This document shows positions 26,428 through 34,939 of a stretch of DNA of 36,800 bases, in pieces. Every line of letters starts with the position of its first letter. Position 1 is the stretch's first letter. Both the position numbers and the translations under genes were made by a program. This stretch comes from Nanobdellati archaeon. GTDB lineage: Archaea > Nanobdellota > Nanobdellia > Woesearchaeales > JAADFO01. The notes beneath the pieces were generated by a model. That model had not been told where the DNA came from, ran no database searches, and was given only the letters and a program-made list of their open reading frames with translations. The DNA lies in NCBI GenBank assembly GCA_013152815.1, contig JAADFO010000028.1, positions 1 to 36,800 of the forward strand, given 5' to 3'.

Positions 26428-26994
26428 ATGAAGCGGTTCCTCTTCAACAGGGCATTGCGGATATTGCTCGTCACCAATGGTCTGGTTTTGCTTGCCGGTG
26501 CCATGCTGGGTCCTATCTACGCCCTTTTTGTCGAGCATATCGGCGGCGACCTTCTGGATGCCAGCCTGACCGGAGGCTTTTTCGCTTTGGCAGCAGGAGT
26601 GACCACCCTGGTTGCCGGAAGATTTGCAGACAAGAAGAAAAGAGATGAACTGATAGTCGCTTTCGGCTATGCTGTGATGGGGATAGGATTTCTTCTGTAT
26701 CTCTTCGTGGATTCCATCTGGTCATTGTTCGGCGTGCAGATCCTGGTCGGTTTTGCTGAGGCGTTCTACTCTCCTGCTTTCGATGCGCTCTACTCGAAAC
26801 ACATCACCAAAAGAAAGGCCGGCAGAGAATGGGGCGCGTGGGAGTCGATGAATTATTTCTCCATCGCCGTCGGTGCTGTATTAGGAGGTCTGATAGCGAG
26901 CAATCTCGGATTCGACGCGATCTTCCTCTTCATGTCTGCTCTCTGCTTCCTGAGCGCGTTTGCTGTCCTTCACCTGCAGAGAGGAACGCTCTGA
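26428..26994 (+). CDS. Half-size (about 6 TM) MFS-family protein
   Basis: ATG 26428 after ATTTATATAT; motif A-like GRFADKKKR, AFYSPAFDAL, GREWGAW, GAVLGG; 188 aa. Confidence 0.82.
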   Translation: MKRFLFNRALRILLVTNGLVLLAGAMLGPIYALFVEHIGGDLLDASLTGGFFALAAGVTTLVAGRFADKKKRDELIVAFGYAVMGIGFLLYLFVDSIWSLFGVQILVGFAEAFYSPAFDALYSKHITKRKAGREWGAWESMNYFSIAVGAVLGGLIASNLGFDAIFLFMSALCFLSAFAVLHLQRGTL

Positions 26995-27058
26995 TTCGTG
27001 CGATGGTTTCATGCCCCGCGCTTTAGCGCGTGAAACCTTTGCACAGCCTGATTTCTGC

Positions 27059-29179
27059 TCATCCTTTCAGGAACAGCAGATAGAGTCTGCCGTCAGTGAA
27101 GAAGAGATCGCCGGTGAAATTGCTCCCCAACTTCGGCTTCACGAATTCCTGTTTTTTTGTGGTGGCTATCATGCCTGTCCTTTTCAGATCCCTGAAGAGG
27201 AATTCTCTTTCGGTGTCGATATCAGGGTTTATCCTGTGGGTGACTCCCCATTTGATGCCGCTGTCGAAACTGGCGGTCCCGACGTAGATATGCTCTCCAT
27301 CCGGGGTGACATACGCTGTCTTCCAGAGACGTGCATGATGTCGTGTGCGGACGTTGTTCTCCTTTGTCTCTTTCTCAAAACCGAAGTCATGCACCTCTGA
27401 ATTCCAGAAATCCGGCGTCATGGGAGCCTGCGGATACGGCTCTTTCAATAAAGCGGCTTTCGCTGCCTTGTAGACACTGAATATGTCCACCTTATCGGCC
27501 AAGGTCCAGTCGGCCTTCGCAAAGAGATCGATGAGTTGTTGGTCGTCCTTGGCGACGATGATGAGACTGAGGGGTTCCTGCCTGTTGCCCAGCAACGTCT
27601 CTGTGTATCTTGACTGCTCTGTCCGGAAGATGGTCATGATGTCATCGACAGAGACGGTCTGTGCCTCGGTCGATATCGGAGCAGGGATCTGATCAGGGAT
27701 CTGATACTGAAGCGCGAAGAGAACATAAAATCCGATCGCCAGGACGATGATGCCGGCGGTCGCAAGGAGTCTTCTCGTGTCTGCCCGAACGACACGTCTC
27801 TTCTTTCTCCTGGAGAGCAGATATTCGGACAGGCTCATGCCGATGATCAGCCAGATCGCGCCGACCAGATATCCGCCCCAGACATCGCTCAGATAATGGA
27901 CACCAAGATAGAGCCTGCTGAACCCGACGAGCAGTATGATGAGCAGGCCGGCAAAGAATATGTTGATCTTATATCTCCACTTCCGGGTGTTGCGTATCAC
28001 ACAGTATGCGAGGAAGCCGTAGAAGGCGACGGCGATGGCGGCATGTCCGCTGGGGAAGGAATAGGACTGCTCTGTATAGAACGCCACCGCTGGTCTCGCA
28101 CGACGGATGATAATCTTCCCGATGAAGGTGAATGCTTCACTGCCCGCAAGCGTGAGCAGAAACGGAACAACATGGGTTCGTCTCTTCCAGAACCATAACA
28201 GGAAAAGGAAGGCGATGGTGAAGCTGAGGATGACCTGCCATTTGCCGAGCAACGTTATCCAGAAGAAGAAGCTTGTCACGTCTGTGCTCCTGAAGACAGC
28301 GAGCAGATTGGCGACGCGGATATCGACAGAGACGATGAGGTCGGAACGGATAATGTCCTCGACGATCCCTCCGAACAAGGCCACCGTATAGAACAGGGCC
28401 AGAGAGAGGAGGGTGAGAGGCAGACCATAGAAATCATCCTTGTCCAGGCGTTTCCGTGACCAGGAGAAAAATCGTTCATGCCTGGCGGTGAACGCTTTGA
28501 TGCCTGGATCCTCCATGAGGGCTTGTCTTACCGACAGCCAGAGCGAGGAGAGGAACGAGAAGAACTCCTTCCCTTTCCTGACAAGGAGGGTCCTGAGGAC
28601 ATAGGACAGGAGGAACAGGACCAGAAGGATGGTCAGGAAGAACCCGGTACGGGTCAGCCATATCTTCGCGACGGCGAGAGACCGGGCGAAGAAATATCCG
28701 GGCAGGATCCAGACGAGACTCCAGCCGATCGCTCCGAGCGTGTTCCAGACCATGAAAGGCAATCGTCTCATGCCGAAGGTCCCTGCAGTCAGAGGGATCA
28801 CCTCTTTTATGCTGGGTATGAAGCGGCCTATAAAGACACTTTTTGGACCGTGTCTCTCAAAGAACGCTTCTCCTTTCTTGAAATGCGCAGGTTTGATGAA
28901 CCAGAAACCCTTCTTGAATATCCTTGCACCATATCTCTTTCCGATGATATAATTGATGTTGTCTCCGATGATTGCGCCGATCACGGCGAACCAGAGAAGA
29001 TCACCCAGATCAAGATAGCCTTTGGCCGCCAATGCACCCATGAGGAGGAGGATGGTGGAACCGGGTATGAGCAGACCGACGCCGATCGTCGTCTCAAGCG
29101 CCGCCACCAGAAGGGCGATCCAATAGCTGATTATAGGGAAGTGCTCTATCGCCGGCAGCAATGATTGTATGAATGTCAT
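27059..29179 (-). CDS. DedA/VTT + PAP2 phosphatase + LssY C-terminal domain fusion
   Basis: DedA motifs LETTIGVGLLIPG, GDNINY, GRFIP; PAP2 motifs K...RARP, SFPSGH, SRLYLGVHYLSDV; LssY_C motifs EPLSL, RHHARLW, THRINPDIDTERE. Confidence 0.9.
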   Translation of the reverse strand: MTFIQSLLPAIEHFPIISYWIALLVAALETTIGVGLLIPGSTILLLMGALAAKGYLDLGDLLWFAVIGAIIGDNINYIIGKRYGARIFKKGFWFIKPAHFKKGEAFFERHGPKSVFIGRFIPSIKEVIPLTAGTFGMRRLPFMVWNTLGAIGWSLVWILPGYFFARSLAVAKIWLTRTGFFLTILLVLFLLSYVLRTLLVRKGKEFFSFLSSLWLSVRQALMEDPGIKAFTARHERFFSWSRKRLDKDDFYGLPLTLLSLALFYTVALFGGIVEDIIRSDLIVSVDIRVANLLAVFRSTDVTSFFFWITLLGKWQVILSFTIAFLFLLWFWKRRTHVVPFLLTLAGSEAFTFIGKIIIRRARPAVAFYTEQSYSFPSGHAAIAVAFYGFLAYCVIRNTRKWRYKINIFFAGLLIILLVGFSRLYLGVHYLSDVWGGYLVGAIWLIIGMSLSEYLLSRRKKRRVVRADTRRLLATAGIIVLAIGFYVLFALQYQIPDQIPAPISTEAQTVSVDDIMTIFRTEQSRYTETLLGNRQEPLSLIIVAKDDQQLIDLFAKADWTLADKVDIFSVYKAAKAALLKEPYPQAPMTPDFWNSEVHDFGFEKETKENNVRTRHHARLWKTAYVTPDGEHIYVGTASFDSGIKWGVTHRINPDIDTEREFLFRDLKRTGMIATTKKQEFVKPKLGSNFTGDLFFTDGRLYLLFLKG

Positions 29180-29353
29180 GGTTCCTGTGATATGACTGCG
29201 GTTATATCGTCATAGTATATAAAAAGGCACAGTAAGTGCAGTATATGCGAGCAGGGCATCCTATGCTCAAAAGATTTCCATTCTTGAGCAGGCATCACCG
29301 GACAAGGCTGCTGCCGATGAGATCATGCATCGCAGACCCAGTCCTCTGCAGGA

Positions 29354-29632
29354 TCAGCCCAGACCGTAGGAATCGACAAAACCTCTGATCATCTTATAAT
29401 CGTTCAGATACTGATGGCCCTTGTCTGTGAGCTCATAGTATTTCTTCTGTTTCTTGTCCTCTTTCTCGATCATGAACCCTTTTCCGATCAGTTCCCCGAC
29501 ATATTTCACAAGCATCTGGTGTGAGAGGTTTGATTTATAGAGTATATGGGTCTGTCTGACCAACCCTGCCTTCCTCCGTATGGTGTTCAATATGTCATGT
29601 ATGATCTCAAGGTGATCACGCTTCTTGTTCAT
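29354..29632 (-). CDS. Archaeal winged-helix transcriptional regulator
   Basis: MNKKRDHLEIIHDIL...THILYKSNLS...YELTDKG; ATGA-coupled to the upstream membrane gene. Confidence 0.88.
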   Translation of the reverse strand: MNKKRDHLEIIHDILNTIRRKAGLVRQTHILYKSNLSHQMLVKYVGELIGKGFMIEKEDKKQKKYYELTDKGHQYLNDYKMIRGFVDSYGLG

Positions 29633-30291
29633 CTTTTCCGCACCAGGTAGAGGTTGAGAAGTATGAGCGAATAGGCGACCAGTTCCAGCACATGTCCTAT
29701 CGCATAGAACGCCCGGTGGTCCACGGCCATGAGAAAATGCACGCTTCCGAAAAGCATGAAGAGGAAGGCCACGGCTATGAGCAACGTCTTCTTCTGCCTG
29801 TTCTGCAGATAGTTGGTGATGAAATGCCAGGATATGAACATCAGATAGATCGTCGAGAACAGAAAGAACATATACAGCGTATTCATGCTCAGGAAGATCC
29901 CCAGCAAGGAGGTTGCGATCAGCAGCCAGAGTATCCTGCTCTTCTCTGTCTTGAACGTCATGTAGACGAGCGTCACAAGACCAAGGGTCATGAAGAGGAT
30001 GTGCGCATACAGACCGACGGCATCGAACCACGCGATGGATCGGATCTTCAACGCCCTGCAGATATGCTCGTTCGCTTTCGAGATGATGAGATAATTGAAG
30101 AGGGATTGTATGAGATATGCCAGGGATATGCAGGCGAAAGACGCTCCGAAGAGCCTGATCTGCTTCTGACCGGTCGCCTTGTATATCCTGAACGCGAAGA
30201 TCGAGACCATAAGTGCGATCGCCGCAAACAACAGTTCAAGGACCACATCATATCCGAAGAACCAGGAGGGGGAGAGATAGGTCAGGGACAT
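29629..30291 (-). CDS. Multi-pass (6-7 TM) membrane protein of unknown function
   Basis: 220 aa, strongly hydrophobic; CTTAAAT-type box about 20 nt upstream. Confidence 0.8.
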   Translation of the reverse strand: MSLTYLSPSWFFGYDVVLELLFAAIALMVSIFAFRIYKATGQKQIRLFGASFACISLAYLIQSLFNYLIISKANEHICRALKIRSIAWFDAVGLYAHILFMTLGLVTLVYMTFKTEKSRILWLLIATSLLGIFLSMNTLYMFFLFSTIYLMFISWHFITNYLQNRQKKTLLIAVAFLFMLFGSVHFLMAVDHRAFYAIGHVLELVAYSLILLNLYLVRKR

Positions 30292-30316
30292 GGTGTCCTT
30301 ACTGTCCTTAAATGCC

Positions 30317-30340
30317 TTTTTTAAAGTTTTTTAAAGTTTT
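30317..30340. repeat. Tandem TTTTTTAAAG x2 (third partial copy at about 30384-30394)
   Basis: Read directly in the divergent promoter region. Confidence 0.75.
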
Positions 30341-30427
30341 GGGCGTTTATCCCGGATTCGTCTCCGTCGTGCCCAGGGTCCTCTTTTTAAAGTTTCAGTA
30401 GGTCTCCTACCGCAGGTATTTAAGGGA

Positions 30428-30449
30428 CATATGTTCTCCATAGCATATG
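30428..30449 (+). promoter_or_regulatory. Putative ArsR/SmtB operator CATATG-N10-CATATG
   Basis: Inverted repeat between the TATTTAAG box and the arsR start codon; spacing matches the ATATG-N10-CAnAT pattern of SmtB/CzrA boxes. Confidence 0.6.
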
Positions 30450-30758
30450 ATAAAGCGAGCATACGACCTGTTCCTGACGACCCTTGCGAACATGAACCGG
30501 CTCAAGATCATCAGTTCACTGAGGCGTAAGAACCTCAATGTCGGTGAGATCCTTACTGAGACCGGCCTGAACCAGACGACGGTCTCCCATAACCTGAATC
30601 GGCTGAAGACCTGTGGTTTTGTGACCGTCGAACAGAAAGGCAGGTACAGGTATTATCAGCTGAATAAAGAGACCATCACTCCCTTGTTGGATATCATCGA
30701 TAAGCATGTGAAGAACAATTGCAGAAACGTTATCGCAAAAAAGAACCGGCAGAGGTGA
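30447..30758 (+). CDS. ArsR/SmtB-family metalloregulator
   Basis: LANMNRLKII, NVGEI...LNQTTVSHNLNRLKTCGFV..EQKGRYRYYQL; C-terminal DKHVKNNC. Confidence 0.9.
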   Translation: MIKRAYDLFLTTLANMNRLKIISSLRRKNLNVGEILTETGLNQTTVSHNLNRLKTCGFVTVEQKGRYRYYQLNKETITPLLDIIDKHVKNNCRNVIAKKNRQR

Positions 30759-30763
30759 TGAGG

Positions 30764-30973
30764 ATGTATTATATAGAGCACATGGGCTATCTCGGATGGT
30801 TCTGGATGATCCTGTTCTGGGGAGCCTTCATCTGGCTTATCGTCTGGCTGGTGGACAAGAACAAGGACACGAAGAAAGACAAGACCCCCTCGCAGATCGC
30901 GAAAGAGCGGTATGCGAAAGGAGAACTGACAAAGAAAGAATATCAGGACATCAGCAAGGAGATCAGGGAGTAG
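30764..30973 (+). CDS. Small TM + SHOCT domain protein
   Basis: GWFWMILFWGAFIWLIVWLV, then IAKERYAKGELTKKEY; GAGGTGA RBS (ATG 30758 is the alternative). Confidence 0.88.
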   Translation: MYYIEHMGYLGWFWMILFWGAFIWLIVWLVDKNKDTKKDKTPSQIAKERYAKGELTKKEYQDISKEIRE

Positions 30974-31029
30974 CGTTTCGTAAAGAGCGCTGCCTTGGTC
31001 TGCGGCACTGCCTGAGGAGGTTGATCAAG

Positions 31030-31293
31030 ATGGCTGAAGGATTACGATTGGATGCTTTGGGATTGGGATACGCCGCTGCCGTCGTCTCGGCAGCATCCAT
31101 GCTCCTGCTGGGGATCGCAGGAAACATCGGCGTGTACACCGGCGCCGTGGCCATGATGCAGCAATGGCATATGTTCTTCTCCCTGGGTCTGCTTGGGATA
31201 GTCGCCGGGATGATAGAGGCTGCGATCATCGGTTTTGTGTTCATATATGCGTTTGGCCTGCTCTATAATGGATTCATAGGGCGGCGGAGGTAA
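31030..31293 (+). CDS. Small membrane protein (DUF5676-like) with MMQQWHM motif
   Basis: GGAGGTTGA RBS; two hydrophobic helices, ending LYN. Confidence 0.7.
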   Translation: MAEGLRLDALGLGYAAAVVSAASMLLLGIAGNIGVYTGAVAMMQQWHMFFSLGLLGIVAGMIEAAIIGFVFIYAFGLLYNGFIGRRR

Positions 31294-31682
31294 TGAAGAT
31301 GGAATACAAATATAAGAAGGAGCTCACCCTCCCCTATGCTGAGGCAGTGGAAAAGGTGAAAGATGAGTTGGGCAAAGAAGGGTTCGGCATCTTGACCGAG
31401 ATCGATGTCAGGGAGACCTTGAAGAATAAGCTTGACGTGGACATGGACCCCTATGTGATCCTGGGGGCGTGCAATCCGCCCAATGCACACCGGTCTCTTC
31501 AGGCAGAGCAGGATATCGGATTGATGCTGCCCTGCAATGTCATCGTCTACGAGAAGGACAAGAAGACCTATGTCTCGGCCATCCTCCCGACGGTCGCGAT
31601 GGGGATGATAGAGAACGCCGATCTCAAGGACGTCGCTCACCTGATAGAGGCCAAACTCAAGAAGGCGATGGATGCCGTCTGA
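31293..31682 (+). CDS. DUF302 domain protein
   Basis: GFGILTEIDV..TLK.KL, YVILGACNP, IGLMLPCNVIVYE. Confidence 0.92.
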   Translation: MKMEYKYKKELTLPYAEAVEKVKDELGKEGFGILTEIDVRETLKNKLDVDMDPYVILGACNPPNAHRSLQAEQDIGLMLPCNVIVYEKDKKTYVSAILPTVAMGMIENADLKDVAHLIEAKLKKAMDAV

Positions 31683-31796
31683 GACACCCCGCTGGGAAAC
31701 ATACCGAAACATATCTTGTTTTGATGGGCAGACCATGATGAGCAGAGGATCGTGGATGCCCTCTTTTTGCATCTGACCTGAGGAGGACAAAACAAA

Positions 31797-33914
31797 ATGG
31801 CAGCATACCTATGCCCGAAATGCGGAATGGAATACGACAAGCCCGGAAAGTGCACCATGGACGGCGCGACGCTCGTCAAGGCAGATGACCATGACTCTGG
31901 CCATGACAAGAACAAAGGCCAGGACCATGATGAGAGGCAGGACAAGAGCCAGCATAAGAGCCCTGCCCATCACGATCACCATAGGATGATGATGCAGGAC
32001 TTCAAGAAAAGATTCGTCGTCTCAGCGATCGTCACCGTCCCCATCCTTATCCTTTCCCCTCTCATCCAGAGATTATTGGGGCTCTCGTTCGTCTTTCCAG
32101 GGGACAAATACATCCTCTTCGCCCTTTCAAGTTTCCTGTTCTTCTGGGGCGGCTTTCCCTTCCTGAAAGGCATCTTCACCGAGCTGAGGACGAAACGTCC
32201 CGGCATGATGACATTGATAGCCCTTGCCATATCTGTCGCCTATTTCTACAGTGCCGCCGTCGTCTTCGGCCTGAAAGGAAAATTCTTCTTCTGGGAACTG
32301 GCCACCCTTATCGACGTCATGCTTCTCGGCCATTGGATCGAGATGAAATCGGTCATCGGAGCCTCCAAAGCCCTTGAAAAGCTTGCGGAACTCATGCCTG
32401 ACAGCGCTCATCTGGTCAAAGGGGATGATATTGTCGAGATAAGGATCTCTGAACTGAAAAAGGACGATATCGTGATGGTCAAAGCAGGAGAGAAGGTTCC
32501 GGCAGATGGTACCATCGTGAAGGGTGAAGGGTATATCGACGAGTCTATGCTCACCGGAGAGTCCAAACCGGTCAAAAAGAATGCAGGGCTCGGCGTCATC
32601 GGCGGTTCGATAAACGGCGACGATGTATTGGAGATAAAAGTTCTCGGGACAGGTGAAGATTCCTATCTTGCGAAGGTCATCGATCTGGTGAAACAGGCCC
32701 AGAAGACAAAATCCAAGACAGAGAAGTTTGCAGACATCGCTGCCCGATGGCTTACTGCGATCGCGATAACCGCGGGTGTCGGCACGTTCTTCTATTGGTT
32801 CATCTACGGACCTGATACTGCTTTCGCTGTTGAACGGCTCGCGACGGTCATGGTCATCGCATGCCCCCATGCCTTGGGCCTTGCGATCCCTCTCGTCAAT
32901 GCCGTCTCGACGTCCATATCTGCCAAGAACGGGCTGCTCATCAGGAACAGGACAGCCTTCGAGAACGCGAGGAAGATAACGACGGTCGTGTTCGACAAGA
33001 CAGGAACATTGACCGAGGGAAGGTTCGGAGTCAGTTCGGTCCTGTTGTTCGACCGGTCCTATGAAGAGGACCAGGTGCTGCGACTGGCAGCATCCCTCGA
33101 GAAGAGTTCAGAACATCCCATCGCCAAGGGCATCATCCAGAAGGCCAAGGCCGCCGGATTAAGCCTGTCGGGTGTCTCTCATTTCAAAGTATTGAAGGGA
33201 GAGGGGATCGAAGGGACCATAGGCGGTAAACATGTTCAGTTGTTGAGCAGGAAGGCTCTTGAGAAGAGCGGCAGGGCCATCCCGAAGAATGCGGAGATGG
33301 ATGATGTCGCCACTCTGGTCTTCATGCTCGTGGACAAGAAGCTCGTCGGGGTGTTGACGCTAGAGGACCAGATAAGGAAAGAATCCTTTGACGCCATACG
33401 CAAGCTGAAGGAGCAGGGCATAAAGTGTTTCATGCTCACAGGAGACAACAGGATGATAGCAGGGAATGTCGCAAAAAAACTGGGTCTTGATGGCTACTTC
33501 GCCGAAGTGTTGCCCCATGAGAAACAGGAGAAGATAAAAGAGCTGCAGGAAAAGGGCGAGTTCGTGGCCATGACCGGAGACGGGATAAACGACGCTCCTG
33601 CATTGGCGTTGGCTGATATCGGCATCGCCATCGGTTCAGGGACCGACGTGGCTGCGGAGACCGCAGACATCATCCTGGTGAACAGCAATCCGGAGGATGT
33701 CGTCTCCCTGCTCCTTTTCGGCAAGGCGACCTATAAAAAGATGGTCCAGAACCTGTTCTGGGCGACAGGATACAACGCCATCGCCATACCTCTGGCGGCG
33801 GGTGTGCTCTACGGTTACGGGATCCTGATATCCCCTGCGATCGGTGCCGCGCTCATGTCCCTGAGCACCATCATCGTGGCGATAAACGCGAGACTCCTGA
33901 AGGTGAAACGGTAG
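31797..33914 (+). CDS. copB: Copper-exporting P1B-3 type ATPase
   Basis: His-rich N-terminus, PGMMTLI, TGES, CPHALGLA, DKTGTLT, SEHP, GDGINDAP, YNAIAIP, MSLST. Confidence 0.95.
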   Translation: MAAYLCPKCGMEYDKPGKCTMDGATLVKADDHDSGHDKNKGQDHDERQDKSQHKSPAHHDHHRMMMQDFKKRFVVSAIVTVPILILSPLIQRLLGLSFVFPGDKYILFALSSFLFFWGGFPFLKGIFTELRTKRPGMMTLIALAISVAYFYSAAVVFGLKGKFFFWELATLIDVMLLGHWIEMKSVIGASKALEKLAELMPDSAHLVKGDDIVEIRISELKKDDIVMVKAGEKVPADGTIVKGEGYIDESMLTGESKPVKKNAGLGVIGGSINGDDVLEIKVLGTGEDSYLAKVIDLVKQAQKTKSKTEKFADIAARWLTAIAITAGVGTFFYWFIYGPDTAFAVERLATVMVIACPHALGLAIPLVNAVSTSISAKNGLLIRNRTAFENARKITTVVFDKTGTLTEGRFGVSSVLLFDRSYEEDQVLRLAASLEKSSEHPIAKGIIQKAKAAGLSLSGVSHFKVLKGEGIEGTIGGKHVQLLSRKALEKSGRAIPKNAEMDDVATLVFMLVDKKLVGVLTLEDQIRKESFDAIRKLKEQGIKCFMLTGDNRMIAGNVAKKLGLDGYFAEVLPHEKQEKIKELQEKGEFVAMTGDGINDAPALALADIGIAIGSGTDVAAETADIILVNSNPEDVVSLLLFGKATYKKMVQNLFWATGYNAIAIPLAAGVLYGYGILISPAIGAALMSLSTIIVAINARLLKVKR

Positions 33915-34009
33915 AGAAAGCCAGGGCAGGGGAGTTCAGTTCAAGAGATGTCCGCGGTGTCTATGGTCCCTGGACAGCGATTTCTGGTCCGATCCTAAGA
34001 CCGGGAGCA

Positions 34010-34108
34010 GAATAGAGAAAAATAAGAATATGAAAGAATAAAAAGAATGAATCAGAGAATGAATAGGAGAATGAATAAGAGAATAAATAAAAAAATAAAA
34101 AGATAAAC
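34010..34108. repeat. Purine-skewed imperfect GAATGAATAAGA-like repeat tract between convergent genes; probable terminator on the minus strand
   Basis: gaatgaatcaga gaatgaatagga gaatgaataaga gaataaataaaa (12-nt period). Confidence 0.65.
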
Positions 34109-34110
34109 GA

Positions 34111-34401
34111 TCAGTGTCTCTCTTCGAGGGCGGCCACGTCTCCGGTCTCAGCAAAAAGATACTCTTTGAGTTCCTTCGCGAAATGCCCGTCGTTCTGCCT
34201 GATCCATTCCAGGAGCATGGACGCGTGCTCTTTCTCTTCATTTGCGTTATGGACAAGGACCTTCTTGAGATTCTCGTCTGTGCATGCATCCGCTCTCTGA
34301 TTATACCAATCCACCGCTTCCAGCTCTTCTTTCAGGGAGTCGATGGCTCTCTTCATGTCCAGCGTCTTCTTGGAAAGCGCTGACCTGTCTTCATGCATCA
34401 T
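34111..34401 (-). CDS. Encapsulin-associated ferritin-like protein (EncFtn type)
   Basis: RAIDSLKEELEAVDWYNQRA...HNANEEKEHASMLLEWIR...LKEYLF; GAGGTG RBS before ATG 34401. Confidence 0.92.
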   Translation of the reverse strand: MMHEDRSALSKKTLDMKRAIDSLKEELEAVDWYNQRADACTDENLKKVLVHNANEEKEHASMLLEWIRQNDGHFAKELKEYLFAETGDVAALEERH

Positions 34402-34492
34402 TTTGCACCTCTTTCTTCTCATCCTTCTTGAAGCGGCTGGACCGGCCGAGGCAGTATCGCTTCGTCACCTGTTCTTCAGCTTCTTCTTTCAT
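34391..34492 (-). CDS. Putative 33-aa micro-protein between fur and ferritin (not in ORF track)
   Basis: MKEEAEEQVTKRYCLGRSSRFKKDEKKEVQNDA*; overlaps both neighbours, with purine-rich RBS-like sequence upstream. Confidence 0.5.
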   Translation of the reverse strand: MKEEAEEQVTKRYCLGRSSRFKKDEKKEVQNDA

Positions 34493-34889
34493 TCCTCTCT
34501 GCCTCCTTGCACTCTTTGCACATCCCATAAAAATGAACATTAGACGATTCGACATCAAAATCCCCGATCTGCTTCCCGACCCTCAGGGCATGTGAAGACA
34601 GCTCTTCAGACTCGATATCGATTATCTTTCCGCATGCTCTGCATATCACATGGTGGTGAGGATCTGATCTTGGTTCATACCGCTGCACGCCCTTCACCTC
34701 TACTTCCTGGATCAACCCTTCATCACAGAGGAAATGTAGCGTGCTGTAGACGGTCTTCTTGCTTATCCGGGGAAGCTTGTTCTTGACATGCTTGAAGATC
34801 TCTTCGACCGATGGATGATCATGGTTCTCCTTAAGATACTCTGAGATGATCGCCCTTTGATTGGTCAATCTGAAATCATAATTCACCAT
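34476..34889 (-). CDS. Fur/PerR-family transcriptional regulator
   Basis: RLTNQR, HPSVEEI, ISKKTVYSTL, HHHVICRACG, FYGMCKEC. Confidence 0.93.
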   Translation of the reverse strand: MVNYDFRLTNQRAIISEYLKENHDHPSVEEIFKHVKNKLPRISKKTVYSTLHFLCDEGLIQEVEVKGVQRYEPRSDPHHHVICRACGKIIDIESEELSSHALRVGKQIGDFDVESSNVHFYGMCKECKEAERNERRS

Positions 34890-34939
34890 CCGATGTCGGA
34901 TGACACTAGATGTTATTTAAATCTTCTGTTTCCTGAGGC
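34887..34939 (-). promoter_or_regulatory. fur promoter: BRE-TATA (34916-34939) and 7-2-7 inverted repeat CATCCGA-TG-TCGGATG (34887-34902)
   Basis: Read directly; the inverted repeat overlaps the start codon and the expected transcription start. Confidence 0.55.

Noticed and set aside
29633..30031. Long N-terminal extension on the wHTH regulator
   Set aside because: It lies out of frame inside the membrane-protein gene. The ATGA overlap gives the start at 29632.
34010..34108. Possible CRISPR array
   Set aside because: Short degenerate tandem units with no spacers and no cas genes.
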